DNA of 64,000 nucleotides, taken from assembly GCA_002189035.1 (NCBI GenBank), contig CM007991.1, positions 930,001 through 994,000 of the forward strand. The letters are read 5' to 3'. The stretch comes from Utricularia gibba. Taxonomy: Eukaryota > Plantae > Magnoliophyta. The position numbers were made by a program, and so were the translations under genes. The notes beneath the pieces are model-generated. The model saw nothing but the letters and a program-made list of their open reading frames with translations, did not search any database and was not told the DNA's origin. This document shows, in pieces, positions 51,336-62,090 of the stretch (its first letter is position 1; each line of letters begins with the position of its first letter).

Positions 51336-51615
51336 AGGTTACCGTTGGGTATTGAATGGGCTTCTCTTGTCTTGGACTTCGTGGGCTTGACTACATTGCA
51401 TCTTATCTGGGCCTGATGAGTGAGCTTCTCTTGTTTTGGACTTCATGGGCTTGACTACATTGCCCTTATCTGGGCCTGATGGGTGGATGGGTATAAACCC
51501 TTTTATTAATCTTCGGCCCAGCCTCTTGTCTAGCCATTTATTGCTGGAATCTTCCCTGTTCTTCTTCCTCTTCCCTTCGTGCGGGTAATTCCAGCAATGT
51601 CCCGACAGCCATCCG
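51336..51615 (+). repeat. Second copy of the FUT downstream element, with an internal 64-bp tandem duplication (51360-51487)
   Basis: gcttctcttgtcttggacttcgtgggcttgactacattg... repeats at 51360 and 51424. Confidence 0.85.
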
Positions 51616-52213
51616 ACGTAATATTTTTTAATATTAATTTCTCATAAAAATTACCTAACATTTGGTAATATTTTTTATAATATTACAAAATTTCTCATAT
51701 TTTATACTACTAAAAAATGTGAAATATTTGTAATATTTGTAACATTTTATCACAATGTAGATTCCACCATGATTCACATGCATGTGTAGATTCGTTTTTT
51801 AGGATTTTAAAAAGAGGTTTTTTTTAAATAATCAAAGTAAATAAATAAAAATGCATTTTTTAAAATAAAATTCAACAAAGTCCACCCTTTGGCCACGTAA
51901 TCATATGTATTCTATTGGAATGGTGCCGACACGTCTTTATTTTATTCCCTTAGCCACCGTAGCCGCCCGAGGAATTATCCCACATTACGCGTCATTGACA
52001 TAAAATAAAATAAAATAAATAGATAAATAAGTGAGGTTAATAATTTTAATCATCTAGATTTGGCCATACAGCAACCATGTAAGATGAATGTTACCCTTAC
52101 CATAGGTGCATTTCGGAGGTCAATTTAGGACATAATCCCCATTATAAATACGCATCTTCGGACACGACATCAACATATGTGAATAGAAAAAGAAAACAAG
52201 TAGCGGAGGATTC

Positions 52214-53446
52214 ATGTACATGGACGTAAAGCAGGCATTCCACTCTACCACTGCATCCAAGCTGATATTTGCAGTAGCAATTGGGCTTGTCCTCTTCGTG
52301 ATGAGCCTATCGTTCATCTTCAACGCCACGGGGGCGTGGAAGGGGGGCTCCTCCGCTCCGACGACAAGCGGATGCAAGAATCCGATGACGCCATTTTCTG
52401 GGGTGGATTCGATCAGAGTTCTTGTCGTAGCAGGTATGATTCCGTGCTGCATAAGCCGCTACTCAGGATACGAAAACCGTCTTCGTATTTGGTTTCCAAA
52501 TTAGGGGCGTATGAGGCTCGGCACAAGATGTGTGCTCCCAATACGGCTTCGTATTTGATTTATTATATATTTGATTATTTTATTTTTATTTTCTAATATG
52601 GGATTGTATATTCTAACACCTGACTTCAAGTCAAATTGGTCTTTGATCTGGTTAAAACTTGTTTTTTTTTGTGATTGTAGATAGTGTTTGGATCATAGAT
52701 CGATCTAATTTTTTGTCGTCTAAAGCCAATATATTTCCTTATTTTTTTTTGTTTTTTTTAAACCAGAACTCAAATTAGAACGAAACTCATCTTGGCCACC
52801 CAACCATGCCGCGAGGCAAACGTTTTTATACCATGTTGAAATTCAAGATCAAATGGATCGTGCGAGTGCACATATAAAGGTTAAGTACACAAGAAATCTG
52901 AATCATATTACAAAAGATTAGGTCCAATCGATTATTAGGTCAAATCATTCTAATTTCGTTTTTCAACGTGTAATTGTGTACAATGTAGGATTGTGTAATT
53001 GTGGTATGGCTTCCGAGTGATGGTTTGGGGAATAGAGTGATTAGTATCGCGTCTACGTTCCTGTACGCTCTTCTCACGGATCGAGTGCTGCTGGTTCATC
53101 CGAGAGACGCCATCTCCAGTCTCTTCTGCGAACCCTTTCCGGCGGGATCGTGGCTACTTCCCATGGATTTCCCTTTGATGGGTCGGATCGATGGTTTGAA
53201 CAAGGAATCGAAGGAGAGTTTCGGTTATTTGGTGAGGAACGGCATATTTGGATGATCCTCATGTCCAAAGACGACTCCGGCCGTCCTCGGCCGTGCCGGT
53301 GAGTTCTGTCGATGGAGCCATGCTACCATGCACCGGCCGACTACGATTGTAAGACGAGACAGGCAAAGGATGCAAGTGAGACTGAACCTCATCTGAGACG
53401 ATGTGTTGATGGGACTGTCAGAAGCATTAAGTTGGTGAACAGTTAA
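52214..53446 (+). pseudogene. FUT: FUT-3 pseudogene
   Basis: About 445 bp of AT-rich sequence replaces 57 coding bp (52551-52997); about 740 bp of the catalytic core is deleted at about 53250; in-frame TGA in PCR*VLS and early TAA at 53444-53446. Confidence 0.9.
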
Positions 53447-53689
53447 ACAAAGTAATTGGTTTTGTTTTCACTTTGTTTTATACATCTTGGCAAGGTTGAT
53501 CCACAGTGTATTCTTTAGTAATGAAGGATGTAATGAATTTAGATTGATTATGAATGAGATAAACTAATAATTTATATAGATAGATTTTTATTAATCTTAC
53601 ATAAGATCTTTTACTTAAATCACTTTTTAAGGTTAGTGATTTGTAGTGAGAGGTCCATCTGTTTTAGGGCACAAGCACAACTCTATTAT

Positions 53690-53760
53690 ATTGGGCCAAA
53701 TTTGGTTTATAATGGAAATGGCCCACTTGATGGTATCTGGTTACAGGGAGAGGCCCATTA
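53690..53760 (+). promoter_or_regulatory. Site II elements (TGGGCC/GGCCCA) in the B15 promoter
   Basis: ttgggcc, ggcccac and ggcccat upstream of a nuclear gene for a mitochondrial respiratory subunit, where such motifs are typical. Confidence 0.6.
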
Positions 53761-53849
53761 AATGGATGAAATATCACGCCGGGAGCTCCTCTGGTTCCAG
53801 ACGAGCGATACAGAGCTCAGTAGGGTGATACGACGCGAGAAATCCAAAG

Positions 53850-54591
53850 ATGGGAGGAGGAATGGAGACCCACAAGAATCGATTCATTGAGGACTGGGCA
53901 ACGAATAGGGAGAATCTGGAGGCCAATTTCCGCTGGACGCGCCGTAATCTCGCACTCGTGGGGATTTTTGGGATCGTCGTTCCGATCATCGTTTATAAAG
54001 GCATCGTCAAGGAATTTGTGAGTTTTAGATTCTAATTTGTGGTTATCGATTGAATTCGTGTTGTAATTGTTCGGTTTCTTCTGTTACTGTGGTTAGGTCA
54101 TAGTTCGCTTCACTATATATCCATTAGTTTCAGGGTTTTTTTTTTTTTTTTTTTCTGTGAATACTGATGTTTTAACTCGAATGTTGCCTTTTTTGTGAAC
54201 AATTGTTCGAAATTGCTAGAAATCAAGTGAACCCTAATGCGTTTTGCGCCTTTCTACGATTCTGGTTGTGAAGCTGAGTTTTGCTTTTTTGGGAAGTAAT
54301 AGCAGGTCTCATTTACCATCCGGTGGATTTTTTGCATGCGTTCTTTCCTTGCTATTTCCTCCGTGACCTATGATAAATCTTGTGAACTTGAAGCTTAGGG
54401 GTATTGAGGCTTCTCTGTTGTTACAGATGATTGGTTTCTATGTCATGCATAAAAACATTGAAGTTGTGGTCTTTCAATGGATTCCAGTTCCGAAGATTTT
54501 TCTGTTCTAAAGTTTCACCATTCATATACTTTTTTTGCAGCACATGCAGGATGATGATGCAGGGAGACCTCGTCGGAAATTCTTCTTCTAG
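53850..54591 (+). CDS. NDUFB4: Mitochondrial complex I subunit B15 (2 exons, 53850-54017 and 54541-54591)
   Basis: MGGGMETHKNRFIEDW...RWTRRNLALVGIFGIVVPIIVYKGIVKEF|HMQDDDAGRPRRKFF*. Confidence 0.93.
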
Positions 54592-55688
54592 GAATCTTTC
54601 ATTTCGTTATCTCCATGTCCAAACGCGAAGCACCTTCTGAATGTGATTGTGGTAAAACCAACTTCTGCAGTGTTTTGATCATTCTAGACCTTGAGCTGTG
54701 CGTGTAAGAACTCAAGCAAATAATTCATACTCTGATGAAAGATACATGCCCTCTTGTTACAAGCATGGTTGCATTGTTGATCTACTGCACAGTTGATCTT
54801 TGATACCATTCCAAAAGAGATCCCATTTCAATAAAGATTTTTCGAAATATTACACACAGTGAGTTATCAGAGACAGGACAAGGTGGTGTCCAAATGCTCA
54901 GGCGCGCGCTTTATGCTCAAGAAATGCTGCACCTGGGAAGAAATGAGCTTCCTTTTTACAGTTATAAACACACCTCTTTTTGTTACCCAACTTGGGGTGT
55001 GTCAACCCAGTGTGTTACACTCCCTGAGGGAACAATGAAAAGGTGGGATGAATCATACCAAGGCTTAGCATTGCCACTTGGAACAAGATATGGTGTTTGC
55101 AATTCAGCCTTAGCTTCCGAATCTGATCCAAAAATGATGAATCCGAATCAAGCTTGGGTTTTTACTCATGCTTGAGTAACTATAATTTCACACACAAATT
55201 GACACTGCAACTGCGACAGCGTTCTGAATTCAATACCATTGAAACCCTCCCTATAAGCTACTGATGCTTGGTGTAAGGTTTTGAATGGATCGTAGAGATA
55301 TATGCTCGTCGTCTACAGTACAATCCAAATGGCGCAGCGGTTTTGTTCCAATTGGATGCCCCTCGAGAACTACAGCGAATCGGGATGAAGACGAATTAGA
55401 CACGTAAAATTCATCAGGCGAAGCCCAGTCTTCCCTCCGGACCATCCTACTCCTTCAAGTACAACACAGGACAATTAATATAATATGTATATGCATATTA
55501 TTTATTGATGGGTTTACTGGATTACGATTTAAAAAAGTTTACTTTATTGGAATTTAGATAAATATGGCGCAAGTAAATTAAATGTTTATATGGTATTTAG
55601 TTGATAGTCAAAAATCTGGAATTTAATAAAAGAACAGAGGTATATAGATTTAAATGAACATGTATCTATCCATTAAACAAAATCATCT

Positions 55689-56185
55689 CAATCTAGAACT
55701 TATTTAAACTCTAGAATTAAATACAATATAGTTTATAACTCTTATATCATATCAACTCTTTAATTCCATCAACGTATAATCGTAATTGAATTGTTTTATA
55801 TTATCCATTTTGAATACTTAATTATTGTAATTTTACGTTTTTTTGGATAAAAGATCTTGTATAAGATTAGAAAAAGTATATCTATGTAAATTCTACCTCT
55901 ACCTTATGTTTGAATTAAGATTTAATATTTTTTTGTAAAATTAAGAAAACCTTTACAATCTAGAACTTATTTAAACTCTAGAATTAAATACAATATAGTT
56001 TATAGCTATTATATCGACTCTTTTTAATTTTGATTGAATTATTTTGTATTATCTGTTTTATACACTCATTTTCACGATTTTACGTTTTTTCTCTTTTACG
56101 AAAATGTAAGATTATATAAGGTTTATCTATATAAATTCTTCTTATAGCCCATGTTTGAATTACGATTTACTATTTTTTTTATAAA
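55689..56185. repeat. Degenerate two-copy tandem duplication with a period of about 267 bp
   Basis: caatctagaacttatttaaactctagaattaaatacaatatagtttata is identical at 55689 and 55956; weaker similarity continues beyond it. Confidence 0.85.
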
Positions 56186-56493
56186 CATATGATTCAATCA
56201 CGATTTTAACACACGGTTAGATGCATGAATCTGTAGTCGTCACTCGGCTTCACCAAAGCTAGTCTACATTATTGACCAAATCTGGATTTGAGATTCTTAC
56301 GCTAATCTCACGTCAAACAGCATAATTTTTGGTGTACAGGCTTACAGACGACTACGTACGTGTCTCTTCCAAAAGTCAAGCGTCAAACGAGTAATTAGCA
56401 GCAGCCCACACGGCGGCTTTTGCTATAAATACAACCAACGGCGGTTGCATTCACCCAGACCCACACATACGTACGAGTTTCGCCGGCGCCACC

Positions 56494-56916
56494 ATGATGA
56501 TCAGCGGGATCGTACACCTCAAGCAGGCCGTTCAGCGGTGGAAGGCCCGCACCGGAATCCGGTCTGGTTCCGTGGCCATCTACGTCGGACCGGAGCGTAT
56601 TCGCTTCGTCATCCCCACCCGGTTTCTCAACTACCCGGTATTCGCGGGTTTGCTGGAGATGGCGAAGGAGGAGTACGGATTTTCCACGACCGGCGGGCTG
56701 GCGCTGCCATGCGAGCGGGCTGTTTTCGAGGGGATCCTGCGGCTGTTGGAGGCGGATGAGGAGAAATTTGGTCAGCTGAAGCTGCAGGAACTCATGGAGA
56801 TGATGGAAGATGCCTTGGGATTCAGGAGGTTGGATTGTTTCTTGTGCAGAGAATACTCTTCTTCTCATGGAGTGTTCAATCCCAGTCTCAGTCTCGCCCA
56901 AAACACTAGGGTTTGA
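56494..56916 (+). CDS. SAUR: Small auxin-up RNA protein, intronless
   Basis: GSVAIYVGPERIRFVIPTRFLNYPVFAGLLEMAKEEYGF...GGLALPCE; TATAAAT at about 56424. Confidence 0.92.
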   Translation: MMISGIVHLKQAVQRWKARTGIRSGSVAIYVGPERIRFVIPTRFLNYPVFAGLLEMAKEEYGFSTTGGLALPCERAVFEGILRLLEADEEKFGQLKLQELMEMMEDALGFRRLDCFLCREYSSSHGVFNPSLSLAQNTRV

Positions 56917-58378
56917 ACAGCAACCAAAAGCTTCATTCCTCCTTTCAGGTGTATTTTGAATATTTTAGGATAAATGAATGATTATTATCAAATATTTCTA
57001 CACTTTAATTTTCTTTGGAATAAGAAAGATACTGGTAAAACTTGAATGCATTTAATAAAATATGTTATTTAAATAAGAATAAATTTTTTGTAGAAAATTA
57101 TCAAAGCTTAATGCTTATGGAGTAGACTGGTAATTGTGTCTTTCAAAACATGGAAATGAAATTTCTATTTGATTCTATTTTTAACACATCTAATTTATAT
57201 GGTTAAATATACAATTTTTAATAAATTGATAATTAAAAGTTATTTAATATAAATTATTTTTTTGGACAACCCAAGATAGCCTGACTGTTAACTGCTAATT
57301 GGCGGTTAATATTTACTGAAATGGAAAAAATAATTGATTATTGTGCCCTAACACGTGACATATGCAATTAAGGAAAAATAATGAAATTTAATAAATCAAC
57401 TCTGTAATAGCAATGCATTTTTTTTTTCTATTGGCCTCGTCCTTTTCCTCGGCGGTCTGAATTCGGAGATGCGTCAAACTATGCGTATCTAGAAGTAAAC
57501 GCGCTCGCACGCGCCCCCTCCAAGAAATCGCAGAAGAAGCTTCTACTTTATTTCCGTTGTCAAGGATCCCAGCGACTTGTGAGATCCCCGGGTAAATTCA
57601 AGAACGGATTCCGGTTACGTGCGCGCCCACATTTTTTTTCTCTGTTTATCATAAATGACAGTAGTAGAAAAGGATTCCTGTTTTACGAGAATCTGGGACG
57701 AAACTTCACCAGAAGAATCGTATTTCAGTGAACTTTGATGGGCCTTCCAAGAATCTCAATATTTTTTTTCAAGATTCGTCTCAGAGAGAGAATCCGATTT
57801 GCTTAATGAGAGTTGATTTTATGTTCGTAGTCCAAGACCCAGAAACTTACGTGATATGTTTTTCCTCACCTTTGCTTGAATGAGAGTTGATTATATGTTG
57901 GTGATCTACTTTTCTAATAACAGTTTTGTTTCTGAAATTCGTGCATTATATACTGGTAAATAGTGCAACTTGTACCAATGTGAAGATGGAATTTTGATGA
58001 GAATGTTTGGGGGAAAGTTAATTGCGTTTGAGAACTTGCTGTGAACTCTAGGGAAACCAGCAAAACTTCTGTTTGTTTCAGATGGCTCTTTGGGCAAAGG
58101 ATAGACTTTTGTATTTTTACTAATCTATTCTACGTTTGAATTGAAGTTTTACTGTAGCAGTCATAATGTGCAACCAAGTTGAGGATGGTGAAGAGCAATG
58201 TACTCTTGTGTAACTGAACTTTGTTTATTTGTATCACTCCTGAAAATTTATGAGCATGTATACATTATAGATGATAATGGCCCTGTTCTTGTACAAGATT
58301 AAACCATCAAGCCGTGGAATTGCCTGCAGATTCCACTCTTCGTGATGGAAAATCTGGTAAAGAACCGAACTCAACTAA

Positions 58379-59402
58379 TCAAGCATTGTAGCACTCAGCA
58401 GGGGAGCCCTGTGGGAAGCGCTTGGGATCAGTGCAGTAGTTGTAAATCATATAATTCCGCTGCACCCATCTGAGCCTCTGCTGACCCCAACTGTCTAAGG
58501 ATTGTGAGAACCATGAATTCTGTGAGCACGAATTGGAATTTGTGCACGACAAGGCGTTGAAGTTCCTGAAGGAGGCTGTGAATGGTGCCTGGCTCCAGTC
58601 CGTCTTAATAAGTCCACCTCTCGTCGCCCAGTCCTCCGCGTTCCACAGGCTCGAGTAAATTCGCATTGGCTGGTTTGTTGGAAACTGCCCTCCCCTTGAT
58701 CGCAGGTTCTTGAACTGCCTGATTGGAGTCCCATCTACCAAGAATCTGTTTCATGCAAGTTAAGCTGTCAGCTCAAACATCTCATCGGAGTATGCTTACT
58801 TTCACGATTCCAACAGTGCGAGTTTCGTACATGATTTGCTGAGGATTCCATAAGATGGAGTAGCTGTGGAAGTCTGCAGTCGGATCAAACCAGAGGTGAA
58901 ACTGCTGCTCCCTTCCGCCTTTGCCTTGTGTAAATACATTTGTATGCAGAGTGTAAGGCTGCCCACTGAGATTCCCCAGGAATTCGAAGTCGATCTCGTC
59001 GTGATTCGCCCCCAACGATGAAAACTGCAGAGGAAAGCAAGCATGGTACGTTAATCAAGGAAGGCACAAGCTCAAGTAAATGTTATCAAGACCACTGAGC
59101 AGTTTTTTTACTTACGTAGTAAGCAGTAACCGTGCCTGCAGAGTTGCCAGGGACGAGCTTTATCTGCATGTCAATCTTCCCATACAAGTACTCATTCTTG
59201 GACTGGAATCCTGATCCTGATGCTCTGTCCAACGACAACGTTAGAAGGCTTCCGCTGTTGAGAATCTGCGCGCGCCCATTCCCCAAGTAATGTCGAAGTT
59301 TTGGTGGAAATCTGAGGCGAGAGCCGCCGGTGAAAAGCCCCACAGAATGAGAAGCAGAAAGACAGACAAACTGCGGCAAGACGCTGATGGTAGGAGAATC
59401 AT
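58379..59402 (-). CDS. XTH: Xyloglucan endotransglucosylase/hydrolase (3 exons); 1-bp frameshift at 59281-59284
   Basis: Signal peptide, [11 protein letters not shown], catalytic [32 protein letters not shown]. Adding one G restores [11 protein letters not shown]. Confidence 0.93.
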
Positions 59403-61968
59403 CGTCGATCTCCAAGAATTGACCACCGTGGTTGGGCAGGGAGGGTGGGGGAATGAAATGGGGTTTATTTGAATGATGGTCTCAAATATGAATGGACGCT
59501 GATATTTATAGAGGCAATAGACGGCAGCGCGTGCCGAACATTCAGGTGGCGCGTGCGAATCAAGCCAGTGGCGTACAGCTAATACAATGCCCAGGAGCTT
59601 TCCCATGCAGCCACGGCTTCATGGTCCAAGCCGACCCTAATCCGGTCAACGTAAATAAATCAAAATTAAAATAAAAAAGACGTGATTATTTTTTACCGTT
59701 TAAACCCAGGGTTATTTCTGAAATTTAAAATTATATTTTTTTCTGTATAAATTATTTCAAAGACAGGAGAATAATTGCGCATCAGAGGTATTTGTCGGTT
59801 TGATTTTTACTACAGCCCTGTCGGTCGACCCTCTTGTGTTTCTTTTGGAGGAAGATAGGCTTTTCTTCTGTCAAGTGTGCCAAATGCACTTCCCAATATC
59901 TACTAAAATGACAATTTTAGTTCCAAAAATAATATCTTAATATATCCATTAATACAATTCATTCTCACCCCCGAATATATTTAATCTCCAAAATTTGACG
60001 TATCGAATAAAATTAAATCATTTATTAAATTCTCACACATGATGCTCTATTTTCTATTTTCAAACAACTTATATTAATATCAAAAAATTCTATTTCAAAT
60101 CTCACCACTAAATCTCAATCTAGAATAAATTAGAAATCTAATCATTCATAATATAATTTTTTAAAATTAATGTATGATATAGTGTATGAGTGATCGTTTT
60201 TTAAATGGTACTTTTAATCCAAGAGCAACAAGGTGGATGAAATTAGGGGATATTATACCAATGTTTTCTGAAATTTCGGTTTTTTCTCGAAACAAAATAT
60301 TTTCAAAATTTTTCGAATTTGGAAGATTGGGTTTGGAGGGGTTGAGTGGCTCACTCGTACATAAAACAAGTGGTAAAGGCGCACGCAGCTGGGAGGATGC
60401 TGATAGATTGCGATTGAGTTAGATCTGCAAGACCTCAAGCTTGTGTATTCACAGCTGGACTTCATTATGATGCAATAATTAAATAAATAAAAACCATTTT
60501 TATATCCATATATTTGGCGACGTGGAGGTAGGTGCGCCATCGATGTAACTTTCCTTCATAATTTTTTGATTGTCTCGGATTGTCACATTTGGTCCCTCAA
60601 TGCTTTCATGTTCCCCATTCCCTCCCCCTCAGATCCACTGTATTCACTCATGCCCCCCTAAAATCACCCTTTTTTCAGATTCCGCAATATCCCTTCTGCT
60701 ATAAAATCAGATTAATCGTCGCTAATGACTGAATAATAAAAATGTTAATATAAGAGTGTGGGATATGATTCTTAACTTATGGTGCTTTGGGGGGTTATGA
60801 GATAATAAAGAGAAATGGGAGTACCGGATATGTAATTTTGGAATAGTTTAGGGCAAGTCATGAATGATTGTTATCGGAGGCCCCTGGTAGATTAGCCACG
60901 TGTCTACTATCCAATAATGGATTACGTGATTAAGTAGCGCTTTACTTGGGGATTTGTCCCTCTCGCGCTGGCTCGGACATCGACGTATTGGTGGCATCCT
61001 CATTAATCTTAATTAATTGTCTGTCTTAACACTTTAAACGTGATTATAAATACTAATACGGTCATGGCGCCACATAACCTATCGGAGCACATCACATGTG
61101 GATCGGGATCCTATTTTGGTATCGCATATTTGTGGAAATATATTATTTAAAAATATTCAATTCTACTAATTTTTCCATTTACATTTTTTAAATATTAATT
61201 TAAATTCACAAGAAAATGTACCGACGTGTCGGGTGCTGATTATCAAGTGCTGTAATCTCATTCAAGTAGCAATGTGGATCTGACTCGGACAACGCGCTTG
61301 TAAACAATTTTATTCTATTAAATTCAATTTCATTTTCGTATAAAGAATACTTGATTATCTCCTATAAAAATTAATTTTTAAAAATCAATCAAATTATCCT
61401 AAAGTATGAATGTGTAACTTATCTCGTCCAAATTGGTCGTTTAGGCTCGAGCCTTAGAATTCTCCCCTTGAAGATAATTGGTCGAAAATAATGCATGATT
61501 TGATCAGTAATCAAAGTTGTATTGTGTGTGATGAAGATGCGATCAAGTGGAATGACAAATGGAATATCTAACGGTGGAGGAGGTGCTGGCGGGTCGTAAT
61601 CAATGGATGCGATTGATCGGAGGCGTCCTGGGTGGTCAAGGTCAGGCTCCCTTCACTAATTCAAGGCCCGTCTCCTCCACGCATCGCATCTTCACTTTTT
61701 TCCCATCAAGTAATTACCATGTTATTATATTATAAAGTTTTAGATAATATAAAAAAATACGGATACCATGGTAAATAAGTTAATAGGAGTAAATAGGTAG
61801 TCCGTTGAATGATCTAAAAAATTATATAATATATGCATCATTGAAGTTTTATAATAATAATTGGGTGTGTGTCATGATTTTATTTTTAAAAATACAAAAT
61901 TTATTAATGATAAAAAATTAATTATTTAAAATGTTAAATCAAACTGCAAAACAAAATAGCAGATGGAC

Positions 61969-62003
61969 GAGCCCAATAGCTAGTTTGAGGCCCAAACGGC
62001 CCA
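61969..62003 (+). promoter_or_regulatory. Site II cluster of the RPL24 promoter
   Basis: AGCCCA and two GGCCCA within 35 bp, about 90-120 bp before the ATG. Confidence 0.6.
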
Positions 62004-62090
62004 GGTATCGATAATCCGTAGCAGCGTGCTGTAATTCTCATTTGGGTTTCAGAAAAATCCGAGAGAAGGATCTGACGAAGGTTTCGGGAG

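Noticed and set aside
51360-51487. Repeat-spacer-like pattern (CRISPR-like)
   Set aside because: It is a simple two-copy 64-bp tandem duplication with no unique spacers, in eukaryotic DNA with no cas genes.
58004-58016. tgtttgggggaa, a 12-nt match to the miR395 core
   Set aside because: Flanks do not match the mature miRNA and no complementary star arm is visible upstream.
8115-59402. Many wall-related genes (PME, LRX, FUT, XTH, SAUR) as a functional gene cluster
   Set aside because: All belong to large families and are interspersed with housekeeping genes; nothing in the sequence supports coordinated clustering beyond the FUT/HKT block.
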